Of a DNA stretch of 64,000 nt, positions 44,021 through 54,645 are shown one piece after another. The notes beneath the pieces are model-generated. The model was given only the letters and a program-made list of their open reading frames with translations. It did no database searches and was not told the DNA's origin. The number at the start of each line of letters is the position of its first letter. Position 1 is the first letter of the stretch. This stretch comes from Perkinsela sp. CCAP 1560/9 (Eukaryota; Protista; Euglenozoa: Kinetoplastea), in contig CBFFSA010000004.1 of NCBI GenBank assembly GCA_965644495.1, positions 868,001 to 932,000 of the forward strand, in the 5' to 3' direction. The translations under genes and the position numbers were made by a program.

Positions 44021-44067
44021 GTGAAGAAGTCGGAGGAAAGGGCATCCCGCTCTCTCCGGTTTCGGAT
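44021..44067 (+). promoter_or_regulatory. Eukaryotic SECIS element, type II, GUGA core
   Basis: GTGAA core, helix GAAGTCGGAG/CTCCGGTTTC (10 bp), unpaired GAA, ministem AGGGC/GCTCT, GGAT core partner. Confidence 0.8.
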
Positions 44068-44419
44068 ATCAACTTTAACTTAAATTTCTGAACTTTGGAG
44101 ATTTAACTTATTTTTTAATTCTATAGGTATTCTAGTGCATCTCTATCTGAAGAGATGGCATTTTATGTTGACGTGTGATAATAGCTAAGGCATATACAAT
44201 ATGCTCGGTGTTTCTTTTGTGATCTAATCATTTACTTGCAAGAGTAGGCACTTACGTATGCATGTCATCGATTGATCTTTATTCTACGCTTTGAATGAGC
44301 CAGGGTGCAAACCCGACAGTTGGTTTAACTATTGTATCGTTTCGTTTAAGAAGTAAAAAGTATACAGCAAATTACTTATACATTTAGTTACTTGTACATT
44401 TAGATATTGCATCAAGAAT

Positions 44420-45196
44420 ATGCTACTTTCCCTTTTAGCACCGGCTGAAATACTTGCACAGGATTATCGTCCCTCAAAGGTTCGCGGTGCTCTGCTTCCG
44501 GAGGAAAACGATCTGCTTCGCGTGCTACAGAATACATCTTTTATTATGCCGTCCTGGACAAATGAAGTCCCTGCATGCGATTGGCGTCGCGTGTCTTGTG
44601 ACGACAAGAGACGTGTTTCGCGTATCTCTTGGTATGAGCTCCATTTGATCGGTGAGCTGCATTGGTCATTTTTTCCAATGCACTTAAAGTCTATTGATCT
44701 CAGTTCTAACTTACTACATGGACAGGTACCTTTTGATGTGCTACCTGTGGAACTTGAAACACTTAATTTAAGCGGCAATAAATTTTATGGAAAGCTTGAC
44801 TTCACCTGCTTGCCACCCACCCTTCGTGCTCTTCTTCTGAGACAGAACGAATTTGACGGGGCCGTCGCATTACCGACAATGCCGAAGAGCCTACAAAAAT
44901 TATCACTGTCGATGAATAAGTTCACTGGGACGCTTGATTTTTCAAACCTCCCACCGAATCTTACGATGCTTAGTCTCGATGCAAATGCCTTTACAGGTTC
45001 TGTTTCATTTCCCAATTTGCCTAAGACACTTCGATGGCTGAATTTGACAGGAAATTGTCTTAGTGGAACCGTTGATCTGCGTTCATATTTGGGACGCCAG
45101 ATAACGATTAAGTTATCCTATAATGCATTCGATGAAATTTTGCCGTCAGATCTGCCCGTGAATTTTTATGTTCGTGGACAACAAGTGCGTATATGA
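44420..45196 (+). CDS. Leucine-rich repeat protein
   Basis: SKVRGALLPEE, PACDWRRVSC and LRRs. Confidence 0.9.
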   Translation: MLLSLLAPAEILAQDYRPSKVRGALLPEENDLLRVLQNTSFIMPSWTNEVPACDWRRVSCDDKRRVSRISWYELHLIGELHWSFFPMHLKSIDLSSNLLHGQVPFDVLPVELETLNLSGNKFYGKLDFTCLPPTLRALLLRQNEFDGAVALPTMPKSLQKLSLSMNKFTGTLDFSNLPPNLTMLSLDANAFTGSVSFPNLPKTLRWLNLTGNCLSGTVDLRSYLGRQITIKLSYNAFDEILPSDLPVNFYVRGQQVRI

Positions 45197-45543
45197 TGGT
45201 GAGAAGGGGGACTGCCAAAAGGGCGATTACAAAGGGGGAGAAAAAAATACAATGTACATACAAATAACAAGGGTGCGTAGTGAAGACAGCAAGAGAAACC
45301 AGAGGGTGCAATAACACGAATAATTTTAAAGGCACGTAAGACAGCGGCGACGAGGGGGCAACATCACAGAGGGGAACAACAGGGGGGGGGGGAGAGAACA
45401 AGGCGAAGAGAGCGAGTGGTGAAGAGGGTGGGGGGAATAGTATGGGAAAGTGAGCTGAAAGAGCTGGTGTATGAATTATTTTGCCACCCTCATAGTGCTG
45501 CCTATAGTATCTATTGCTTCCTATAGTACCTGTGTATAAAGTG

Positions 45544-45908
45544 AACCCTGTTCCGGGTTATTGTGCCCCCCTGCACAATAACTGGCTCTAGGCACAATAA
45601 CTGGCTCTAGGCACAATAAATAAATATTGGAAAACCAAAAAAGGGTAAAGCAAAATTTGGCGCCGCTTCGCGGCGCCTTTTTTATGGACAAACACGTTCA
45701 TGTGCAGAATAAGTTCTATTTAAGGGATGCGTTGTTGAACAAACTACGTTATTTTCAAGAAAATGGAATAAAAAACAACCAAAAAATTACGGCACCGCCT
45801 GGCGGCGCCATATTTTGGAGGGGGGGCACAATAATAGTGGTTGTTTCCACTTATTGTGCCCCCCCTACACAATAAGCAGCTCTAGGCACAATAACCCGGA
45901 ACAGGGTT
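45544..45908. mobile_element. MITE (about 365 bp)
   Basis: Perfect 24-bp TIR AACCCTGTTCCGGGTTATTGTGCC; GCACAATAA subrepeats; GGCGCCGC-TTC-GCGGCGCC hairpin. Confidence 0.9.
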
Positions 45909-46061
45909 TATATAGAAAAAACATATTCATGAAAAAAGAATTGAATCCTAATAAGCTTTGGAACATTGAGAAAACATAGTCGTTGAAAATTTGGGTGAAA
46001 TGAAAGCAAATATAGCCTTTTTTTCGACTTCTGTAAAGGCAATGTTTCTTTTGTGTTGAAA

Positions 46062-47980
46062 TACTGTCACCCCCCTTTATATTTCAGGGGGGTGAACCCC
46101 GCCGTTATACTTCCGTTTTCATTCAGACGAAGAATCAGCACGCCCCTTTATACTTCCGTTTTTCTTGAACAATTTTCTACATGTTTTTGTAACCCAGGGT
46201 GCGGGTCAATATCCTCATACGGCTTTGGATATTAAAGCGCCAAAATTTCTGTTTGAATATTAAAGTGCATGCACTTTATATCAGTTTATCTCAACACAAG
46301 ATCTAATTCACTCCCGGAGTAAGTTTTCTTCCCCCTCGGCTTAATAAAAGCGCGCGTACCTCTTCGAGCGACCTAGGCAACACGTTAGTGAGGTGGCGAC
46401 AAAAGGAAAGCAACATTTCAAAAACTCAAGAAACACTCAGACCATATGGACAGGTGTTGAAACATTCTCCAAGTATTTTCGCCCGTTGACACAGCTTAGC
46501 TTCAGCGGGTGCGCCCGGGTTGACTAATGTAACAAGCCCCTATTGACAAACGTAACAAGAATCAGTATAAAAAATGCATGAGAGTATTCTTTCTGGAATT
46601 TTTGAAGCAGTTTCGCGAAATGCTAATAATTCGTCCCTCTCACTTGTTCCCACCTGCAACGGAACTCTAATTTTCAAGAAAACTAAATCCCATAGGGATG
46701 TGTGAGCTGCCTTGTAATGGAAAGCATACAGTGGTGATCAGCGTCTTTTACCCCCCCCCTACAGGTTTTATAACCCGTACAGGTCTAATTTTGTTCGATT
46801 TTCAAAGAATTTTGTATGGGATAGGCCTTATAATCCCTACAGGTCTTATTTTGTTCGATTTTCGAAGAATTTTGTATGGGACCCAATCGTTCCTAATCCG
46901 AGGTCCTTTTCACTCGTGGACACCTGTATCATTCCTAAACTGAAAAGAACGGATGCAAAAAACTCGATAATTGTTTTACAGAGTACACCTTTTTCAAAAT
47001 CGATATATTTTTTGGTGATTCATGACGAAGGAACACCGCCCCCCGTGTTACCTTACTCTCGCGTGTGCCCCGAGGTGCGCACGTCACTCGTGATCGAATA
47101 CGATGGACTTAAGTGCTATAAGGCTGTCGCAAAACTTCATAAATTTGATCCCGGTCCATCATTGAAACTTTTCGTGTTTTTTTCTGAAGATCAACCGAAA
47201 ACGTTTAAGAATATCTTCCAGGACTATCGCAAGCGTTTACTCTTGCACTCCTTTTCCGAGTCTTCTGACTCACTTTACTACTGTTCTTCATCCGAAACAT
47301 TCGAAAAAGTACGCCGAAAAAAGTTGTAATTAGCTTTTTTGACCCCTACCTGCCTAGGGGGGGTAGGGGGTCGCTCAAGTGAAAAGGACCTCGGATTCGG
47401 AACGATTGGGTCGAAAAACGGTGGTATACCAAAAAGGGGTGGTATTTCCAAAATCGGACAAAATACAAGACCTGTAGGGGGGGGGTAAAAGACGCTGATC
47501 ATCGCTGTAGTAAACGTCAACCCATTACAGCCAACGTGCATCCACCAGGGAGAACAGCCGCATGAGATTGTAACTTTTTTCCCAAGTGGTTTCTTGGCAT
47601 TTCCATTCTTCCGAATGGCGCTTCAAACATTCGGATGCGACAGTTTCCATGATGTGATTCGCAACTTATTCGAAAGTTAACCTTCTTTTGGACAAGTGAA
47701 AAAACCTTTTGGATATTAAAGTGCCTATTTGTATATTTAACCCCTCCCCGAATTAATAATATTTAGAGATGTGTGTAGAGATATTGCTACAGATGCATAT
47801 TATTTCCGGTGTATGTAGAAAAAAGTGGCGCAAGTTTTCTTTTGCCCCTTTTAAAAACATTTTTTTCGCGCTTTTTCCAAAACTTCAGACCCCCCTTTTA
47901 TATTTCCGAAAGTCAGGTACCTCCCTTTATACTTCCAAAAGTACCGAAACCGGCGGAAGTATAAAGGGGGGGTGACAGTA
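46062..47980. mobile_element. Non-autonomous TIR element hosting a nested MITE
   Basis: TIRs TACTGTCACCCCCCTTTAT / ATAAAGGGGGGGTGACAGTA; TTATACTTCC subrepeats at both ends. Confidence 0.85.
46729..47507. mobile_element. Nested Tc1/mariner-type MITE with TA TSD
   Basis: About 38-bp TIR CAGYGRTGATCAGCGTCTTTTACCCCCCCCCTACAGGT; TA at 46727-46728 and 47508-47509; internal 60-bp duplication. Confidence 0.9.
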
Positions 47981-48201
47981 CCTTGTATTGCTTCAAATAT
48001 TTTCGGTGCTTTGTTTTACCTTTTCACTTTTTTTGAATTTTTTTTAAAAAGGAGAAGTGATTTCCAATACAGGTACAATGAAAACGTATGCACGTGTATG
48101 TATTTTCTGCACAAAATTCTCTTTTCTCAACATTACATGCCCAGTAATACACAACCAGTAGTGTCATTACATACTCCTTTACTTGTAAAATTATTAGTAA
48201 A

Positions 48202-48942
48202 ATGAAGCACGCTTATTTATTCAGTTGTCACGATTCAAGATCGTCCGAACAAAGTTCTAATTCTCGTGCCAGCAGAGTCGGAAGAGCAAATTTACCACCT
48301 GAATATGAACTTGTGCAACTTATTGAGGATATCGGAAAAAAACATTCCACGTGGAATCCATCAGTCCCTGCTTGTGAGTGGAAAGGTGTCAAGTGTGAGG
48401 GCAGTTGTATTACTAAGATAGATTGGATAGGACAAAGTCTTTTCGGGTCCATTCGATGGCCCTCGCTTCCGCAGTCACTGCAGATCTTTCTAGTAAGTAC
48501 GAACCAGCTTATGGGGACTGTCGAACTCGATGCCCTGCCCTCGGGTATTCACCATTTCAATGTGATGGACAATGCTTTCAGTGGGAAATTGGAGCTTCAA
48601 CACTTACCCCAGACGGTAAAGCGGCTTAACTTTAGTTACAACCAATTTGAAGGAGAGGTTGACCTAAGTCACCTTCCCGCAGATCTTGTGATGCTCCATT
48701 TAGGCTACAACCACTTGTCTGGTCCTATAAATTTGACTAACCTTCCACCTAATCTAGTCGACTTATCTTTGCCTAAGAATCAGTTTTCGGGTACCGCAAT
48801 CATGAATAACTTGCCAAAAAGCTTACAGGCACTAGATGTACATGACAATGAACAATTATGTGGTGAAGTGGACGCCTCAACGTTGCCAACCATTTTAAAC
48901 AGCTTTCTTTATTGTGATACTAAAATAATTCTTCAAGAATGA
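48202..48942 (+). CDS. Leucine-rich repeat protein
   Basis: SRVGRANLPPEYEL, PACEWKGVKC and LRRs. Confidence 0.9.
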   Translation: MKHAYLFSCHDSRSSEQSSNSRASRVGRANLPPEYELVQLIEDIGKKHSTWNPSVPACEWKGVKCEGSCITKIDWIGQSLFGSIRWPSLPQSLQIFLVSTNQLMGTVELDALPSGIHHFNVMDNAFSGKLELQHLPQTVKRLNFSYNQFEGEVDLSHLPADLVMLHLGYNHLSGPINLTNLPPNLVDLSLPKNQFSGTAIMNNLPKSLQALDVHDNEQLCGEVDASTLPTILNSFLYCDTKIILQE

Positions 48943-49092
48943 GTTCTTAAAGCGTTGAACAAAAGTTCTTAAACCGTTTAAAAGGAAAGTGAAGGAAAGA
49001 AAGTGAAGGAAAGAAAGGGAAGTAAGAGGCAGGCAGGAAGGAAGGAAGATGTGGAAAAAATAAGGCAAGGGAAAGGTAAGTGAAAGCGTCGA

Positions 49093-49165
<73 letters not shown>
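49093..49165. repeat. (ACT)n microsatellite
   Basis: About 24 ACT units followed by TACA/TA repeats. Confidence 0.97.
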
Positions 49166-49209
49166 TACATATACATATACATTATACATATATGTATGTA
49201 TTGTACATA

Positions 49210-50640
49210 CAGGGGTGCAAATTAGATGCTGGGGGGGTCTAAAATTAGCAATGTTTGCGCAATTTTGGAAAATAATAGCGCATTCGAGAGCTCTCGCAGA
49301 GATCTATGTTTTGGCGCTATTATCACGTTAAAAGAAAACAAATTTGAAAAAGATATCTTTTTAAAAGGTTTTTTACCCCCCTAAAAGTTGCAGATTTTTC
49401 AATTTTTGCAGTTTTTTCCGTGTTTTTTTGTTTTTCAGCTCACTATTATACCGCAAAAGCGATCCCTCTCTAAGCAAAACAGTAAAAGCTTATCTGATGG
49501 ATCACATGAACCCACGGGGCACACAAAATATTCACACAGGATGCTTCTCGTTAAAGATTACGAGAATACAAACTCCTACAGTGCCACTTGCCAAAGACAA
49601 GGCGTCCACGACAGCACTGTTAAGTTGTGGGTTAAGCGATTTGAGGAAACCGGGGATGTTGAACGTGCTACGCCTCCTCGCGAACGCACTGTGACAACGC
49701 CGGAGCTTCTTGAGGCATGCCGCGAAATTATTGACGCGTCCAACGCGACAAGTGCGCGAGGTTGTCCCTCGTGGAGTTTTATTCTTCGAGAGGTTAGGAA
49801 AAGGGGTTTCACCTGCAGCAGGCCGACCCTAGTAAATTTTTTAAAGGACGAAGGGATGATCCAACGATCTTTTTCTAAAGGCCTGTTCTTAACTGAAGTT
49901 CACAAGGCCAAGCGACTAACATTTGCACTGAAAATGCAGAAGTGGTCCGTCGCACAGCTTCGTCACATTATTTGGTGTGACGAAAAAAAGTTTACTTGTC
50001 AACTTGGGCGTGAAAGCCGTTCTTACATTTGCCGAGCGAGTGACCCCCCCAAGCCACCCCTAAAAGCTGCGCAAAAATGTTTTGGGGGGGATGGAGTAAA
50101 CGTTTGGATGGGTATAAGCCTTATTTATGGAGTTTTTTATCACGTCTTTCCCGACAGGGACAGAAATGGGAAACTTACGATTACTTCAAATGTTTTTAAA
50201 GCAGCTATGACAAAAAGGGGGGGTTTCTAAAGTTACTTGAAGCGTCATAGCGGTACTAGAGTTGCAATGGATAATGCTCCTTGTCACAATGGCACCTTTA
50301 AAACCTTTCGAGAAAACCAAGTCTTTGTTTTAGACTTTCTCCCAAAATCCCCAGATCTTAACCCTATTGAAAACATTTGGGACATCATGGACACCTTTAT
50401 TAAAGATGGTACAAACCCAGAAAATAGGACTGAACTTTTGTATTCTATTGAAAAGGCGGTTGATTACATTAAAACAGATGGTCATGACATGCTCATAAAC
50501 ACTTTAAACAGCATGCCGCGGCGTTTCGACATAGTAGTAGAAAAAAAGGGGAAAGTTGTAATTATTGAACGTACAAAACTTTTTAATTCATTTTTTGCAT
50601 TTTGACGTTTTTGGGCTTCTCAGTTGACCATCCCCCTACA
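49210..50640 (+). mobile_element. Tc1/IS630-family transposon; transposase broken by one in-frame TAA (50228-50230)
   Basis: Left end TA|CAGGGGTG; HTH STVKLWVKRFEETG; WCDEKKF, MDNAPCH, PKSPDLNPIENIW; ORFs 49388 and 50237 share a frame; right TIR not clearly found. Confidence 0.9.
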
Positions 50641-50957
50641 CCCCGTGAAACATAAATCTGTGTTAATTCGTAACATTAACACAGATTAACGTTACACAGA
50701 CAAATGTCCCCTCGGTATGCCGGAGCTATGATCTTTTTTCATAAATTTGTCAATTTTTGCAAATAGAAATCAAGAACAAAGAAATTTTCAGAGAAAAAGA
50801 CGTAAAAATGTACTAAAAAATTTCGCTTGTGCACATTTTTTTGTTTTTTTAACACAGATTTCTGTCCGGCCAAATATTTTCGAGTTAACACAGATTAATA
50901 TCACACAGATTAATGTTCTCCAGATTAGTATTACACAGACAAATGTCCCACTCGTAT
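50638..50957. mobile_element. Probable MITE with ACACAGATTAA subrepeats
   Basis: 15-bp period ACACAGATTAA repeats; TTACACAGACAAATGTCCC occurs twice; imperfect inverted ends. Confidence 0.5.
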
Positions 50958-52345
50958 TTAGAAAAACAAAATGTACAAGAAAACGGTGCTGTGGACGAGA
51001 GCTTGGGGGGTGGGGGTCGCTAGGCCCCAACATTGCGTAACAACGACTGTGGCCATTAGCGTGACCTTCAAAGTATGTACAGAAAGATAGTTAATTTTCG
51101 GGTTATTCAATTTGGTCTTTTTCCATTGATTGTTCAATAGTTTCTGGTATCCTCCTGCTATTTCTTCGGCTTTTGTCGATGATATATCAGGATCATCAGA
51201 GGAGTGGCTGGAGTGACTATCGCTCACATCTTCGAATTTGTCGCGTGCCTCCCATCCGTAGTGATGCCGGATGCACTCCAAGATGTTCATGAAACGCACC
51301 TGCCATGCTTCTCTGCGTTTCGTGTTACTGTACCCATACTGTTACTGTATTTCACGCATTGCAGCGCTTCGTTTCGTCGTCAGTCCATCGATATCATTCC
51401 ATAGTTGTGGCGCTGCTGCCTTGTCCAATACTTTATCGTATGGTGGGCAGCTTCTGCGTGGTTCGTATGATACCCTCTTAACGCCACGAACTCTTTACTA
51501 TGATTAACCGTGAAATGGTGACAATATTCTCCGAAGTTGTAGTACACTCATCCGTTACGACAACCGAACGCGCACTCGTAAGATGAGGAATATTGAAGTT
51601 CAGCAGAGTAGCCTGATCTCTCCGCTTCACAGGTTTCCGATGTGTGCGCCCCATCTTTCGGTCCGTTATTTCAGTAGCTGTTAGAAACCACCAACCCACC
51701 TTCCGGACACGCTTGCCCTGATTATATTTTCTTTTGCCAATGAATGTTTCATCGACTTGAAGTCTTGAAAAGTCGAAGTCCGTGTCCTCTTGGGAATGAT
51801 AAGCTACGTTACCAAGCATGTGTAGCATTTTCGTAACTGTACCCTGGCGCACTCCGCGGCTCCGACTAATTTTCCCGATTGTAAGATTATATTTAAAATT
51901 TCCACAAATCAGTAGCAGAGTACCAAGATTCACTGCAGACTCATTATTAAGATAAGGCGCGTGCGCGTGAACACGGTTCCTACACATTCCCCTGCATCGA
52001 TCATGGTGTGTGTATTCGTGCATATTTGGACGCCCCCTCAAATCACGCATGAATTTCAATCCATGCTTATGATAAACATTGTGTGATTAATTATCACACT
52101 GTGGGAGGCCGAGCAATTGGTGGTTATTCATCCATTCTTCGGGACTTTTTCTTTACGGCACCTGTGTGAGGTTTCGCCAGTTTGTACACAAGCAAAACCA
52201 TTGCACCCTGGACACACCCTTCTTGCAACTTGGGTCGCAGGCCACGCCGTGTCATCCTCATTTTCGTCGCCTGCATAGGTACAGTGTATTTCGCATCGAC
52301 GATTCCCACAGGGTGATAAATCGACGAAGTCTCTCTCCGCTTCAC
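50958..52345 (-). mobile_element. Merlin (IS1595/ISXO2-like DDE) transposase pseudogene
   Basis: LQVDETFIGKRKYNQGKR, VVVTDE, frameshift, HFTVNHSKEFV..GYHTNHAE; Cys-rich N-terminal remnant. Confidence 0.88.
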
Positions 52346-52414
52346 AATTAAGAAGTTCTAAGTCGTTTCATTTGTGATTTTGCGAAATTGATGAAAATAG
52401 ATCAATGTGCTATA

Positions 52415-52509
52415 GGCTCTTCGTTAAACACGGTGGTTGTTTTCAACTTAGAAGTCACTCGTGCTGCGCGCTTCGCGTTGAAAGCTACCACCGCGTTTAA
52501 CGAAGAGCC
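52415..52509. mobile_element. 95-bp MITE flanked by TA
   Basis: 33-bp TIR GGCTCTTCGTTAAACRCGGTGGTWGYTTTCAAC with 3 mismatches. Confidence 0.85.
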
Positions 52510-53115
52510 TAAAAAAGGAAAATTGGTCATGGACGCTGAAGAAAACGTAAGGAATTGAGCCAAAAATAGCTGATTTTTCGGTAAAAATGAGGTGATTTTT
52601 GCATATTTTTGGTCTCAGAGCACTAAATTCGACTTTTACGTACGGGAAATCTCTCGTAGGCATGTATTCGAGGCTACAGAACGTATTGAGTATAAAAGGC
52701 GATTCCAACCACACCATTCTTCCGAACCAAAAAGACTCCTTTGGGTCCGAAAATTACTTTTTCGCATATTTCATTCAAAAATGGGTCATTTTGGGAGACG
52801 TACCACGGCTTCAAGAAGCAACATCTCGCGAAGGCAATGTCGTAGAAAGCTAGAATAGGTCCCAAACTCTCAGAATACAATAGGAGAAACGATTTTAGAA
52901 AAATATTTTTTTTGCCATTTTTTTCGCCAAGTTGAATCCTTTTTTTCAAAAAAAACCCTTCCTCACGTTTTATTGCGGCACAGTAATACCCCACGGGAAC
53001 GAGATTTCTCGAATGAAACAAGAATGTGTAAAATCGTAAATTTCTGAGACGGAATGATCATGACACGGGCTCGAATCGCAATATTAGAAACGATTTCCAA
53101 ACCCTCCCCTCCCCC

Positions 53116-54294
53116 ATGTCCCTTTCGACCCCCCCTCCCCCCTCCCTCCCCAATCTCCCCGATTCCGACGCCCTTCTACGCTCTCTCCTCACCCCCCCTC
53201 CTCACCCCTCCTCCTCACCCCCCTCTCCTCCCCTCCCCCACCCCCCTCTCTTCTCCCTCTCCCCCACCCCCTCCCCCCCCGCCCCCCCTCCCGCCGTCCA
53301 ATCCTTCACCGCCGCCATCACCCACGCCCTCGCCTCCACCCCCTGCCACGACCTCCTGCTCCCCTCCCGCCGCGTCGTGGTCCTCGACGTCGAGCTCCCG
53401 CTCAAGCTCGCCTTCCAGGCCGCCATGGAGAGCCGCACCTCCTACTGCGTCCTCTGGGACCACCACCGGGAAAGACCCGAGGGGATCATGACCGCCACGG
53501 ACTACATCAAAGTCCTCTGCTACTGCCACGAGCGCTGCGACGACGAGGGCGCCGTGGAGGGGCTGCGCGGGATGAGCCTGCGCGCCTGGCGAAGGGCCCC
53601 GGGGCTGCACAACCCCGCGCGCAGCCCCGGGAGCTGCATCACGGTCTACGCCTTCGAGAGCAGCGCCGCGGAGGCGATCGAGCGGCTGGTGCGGCACCGG
53701 ATCCACCGCGTGCCGGTGGTGCACAGCCGCGGGGACGCGACACTGTGCGGCGTGGTGAGCTACGCCCCCGTGTTGGCGTACCTGGTCGAGGCGTTTGGGT
53801 TGGAGGAGGGGGAGGGGGAGGGGGAGAGCGTGGGGGGGGACGTCGGGGAGGCGGAGAGTGTGTTGGGCTGCCCGGTGGTGCGGCTTGGGCTGGGACATTA
53901 TGGGTACCAGGGTGTGGTGTACACCGTGACATTGGATACCTCCCTGGCGGAGGTGTTTCAGTTGTTTCTGACGCACAAGATTTATATGCTTCCGATTGTT
54001 GAAGCGGGGTCGAATCGGTTGCTGAATGTGGTGTCCCGTACGGACGTGCTCACGTTAGGTTCCTCGCATGGTGTATTTGATCTCTCCATTACGCTCGCAG
54101 AGGTGCTAGAAGAAAGAAAGGTGTCCCCCAACGCGGTGATCTACGTCTTCTCTCCATTGGACACACTACGATCCGTGATTCTACAGTTTGCGAGGAGTGG
54201 GGTACGCTCTTTGGTTGCTGTGGATGCACATCGCAGGGTGTGTGGCTTCTGTAGTATGATTGATTTGTTTCATTTCCTTACGAACTTTCAGTGA
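53116..54294 (+). CDS. CBS-domain protein, AMPK gamma/SNF4-like
   Basis: SRRVVVLDVELPLKLAF, LWD..GIMTATDYI, HRIHRVPVV and further CBS repeats. Confidence 0.8.
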   Translation: MSLSTPPPPSLPNLPDSDALLRSLLTPPPHPSSSPPSPPLPHPPLFSLSPTPSPPAPPPAVQSFTAAITHALASTPCHDLLLPSRRVVVLDVELPLKLAFQAAMESRTSYCVLWDHHRERPEGIMTATDYIKVLCYCHERCDDEGAVEGLRGMSLRAWRRAPGLHNPARSPGSCITVYAFESSAAEAIERLVRHRIHRVPVVHSRGDATLCGVVSYAPVLAYLVEAFGLEEGEGEGESVGGDVGEAESVLGCPVVRLGLGHYGYQGVVYTVTLDTSLAEVFQLFLTHKIYMLPIVEAGSNRLLNVVSRTDVLTLGSSHGVFDLSITLAEVLEERKVSPNAVIYVFSPLDTLRSVILQFARSGVRSLVAVDAHRRVCGFCSMIDLFHFLTNFQ

Positions 54295-54645
54295 GTAGAA
54301 TACTACAATGTACAAATGCATGGAAGCACTGTAGGATATAACGGGTTTCACACTACTATCTACAAGGCGTTCTGCAATGCAATATACCCTGTACGTTTTC
54401 ATAATTTTCTGACGAGGAGTTGCTTTGCTTTTCATGACTTTGATTTCTTGCCTTTTCTACGTGATACTGGACATTCCTTTCCCTATTTTGGTACAACACA
54501 TTCCTTTATGATCATAAGCGATATTATGGTGCGACAATTCATTGCCCCCTTTGTTCCGAAGAACATTGTTCATAAGACTCGCTCCCGCTATTCAAATTTC
54601 TAGGCAACCCACGATATGTAAGACTTTTCAGGTAGCTGCATTGCT

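Noticed and set aside
44006-44035. Alternative ATGA-core SECIS
   Set aside because: Short helix and no correctly placed apical AA; the GUGA candidate at 44021 fits better
48895-49331. Poly-Ser and poly-Tyr ORFs
   Set aside because: Translations of the (ACT)n microsatellite
50228-50230. Stop-codon reassignment or programmed readthrough in the transposase
   Set aside because: TAA, TAG and TGA terminate conserved genes normally in this window; a nonsense mutation is simpler
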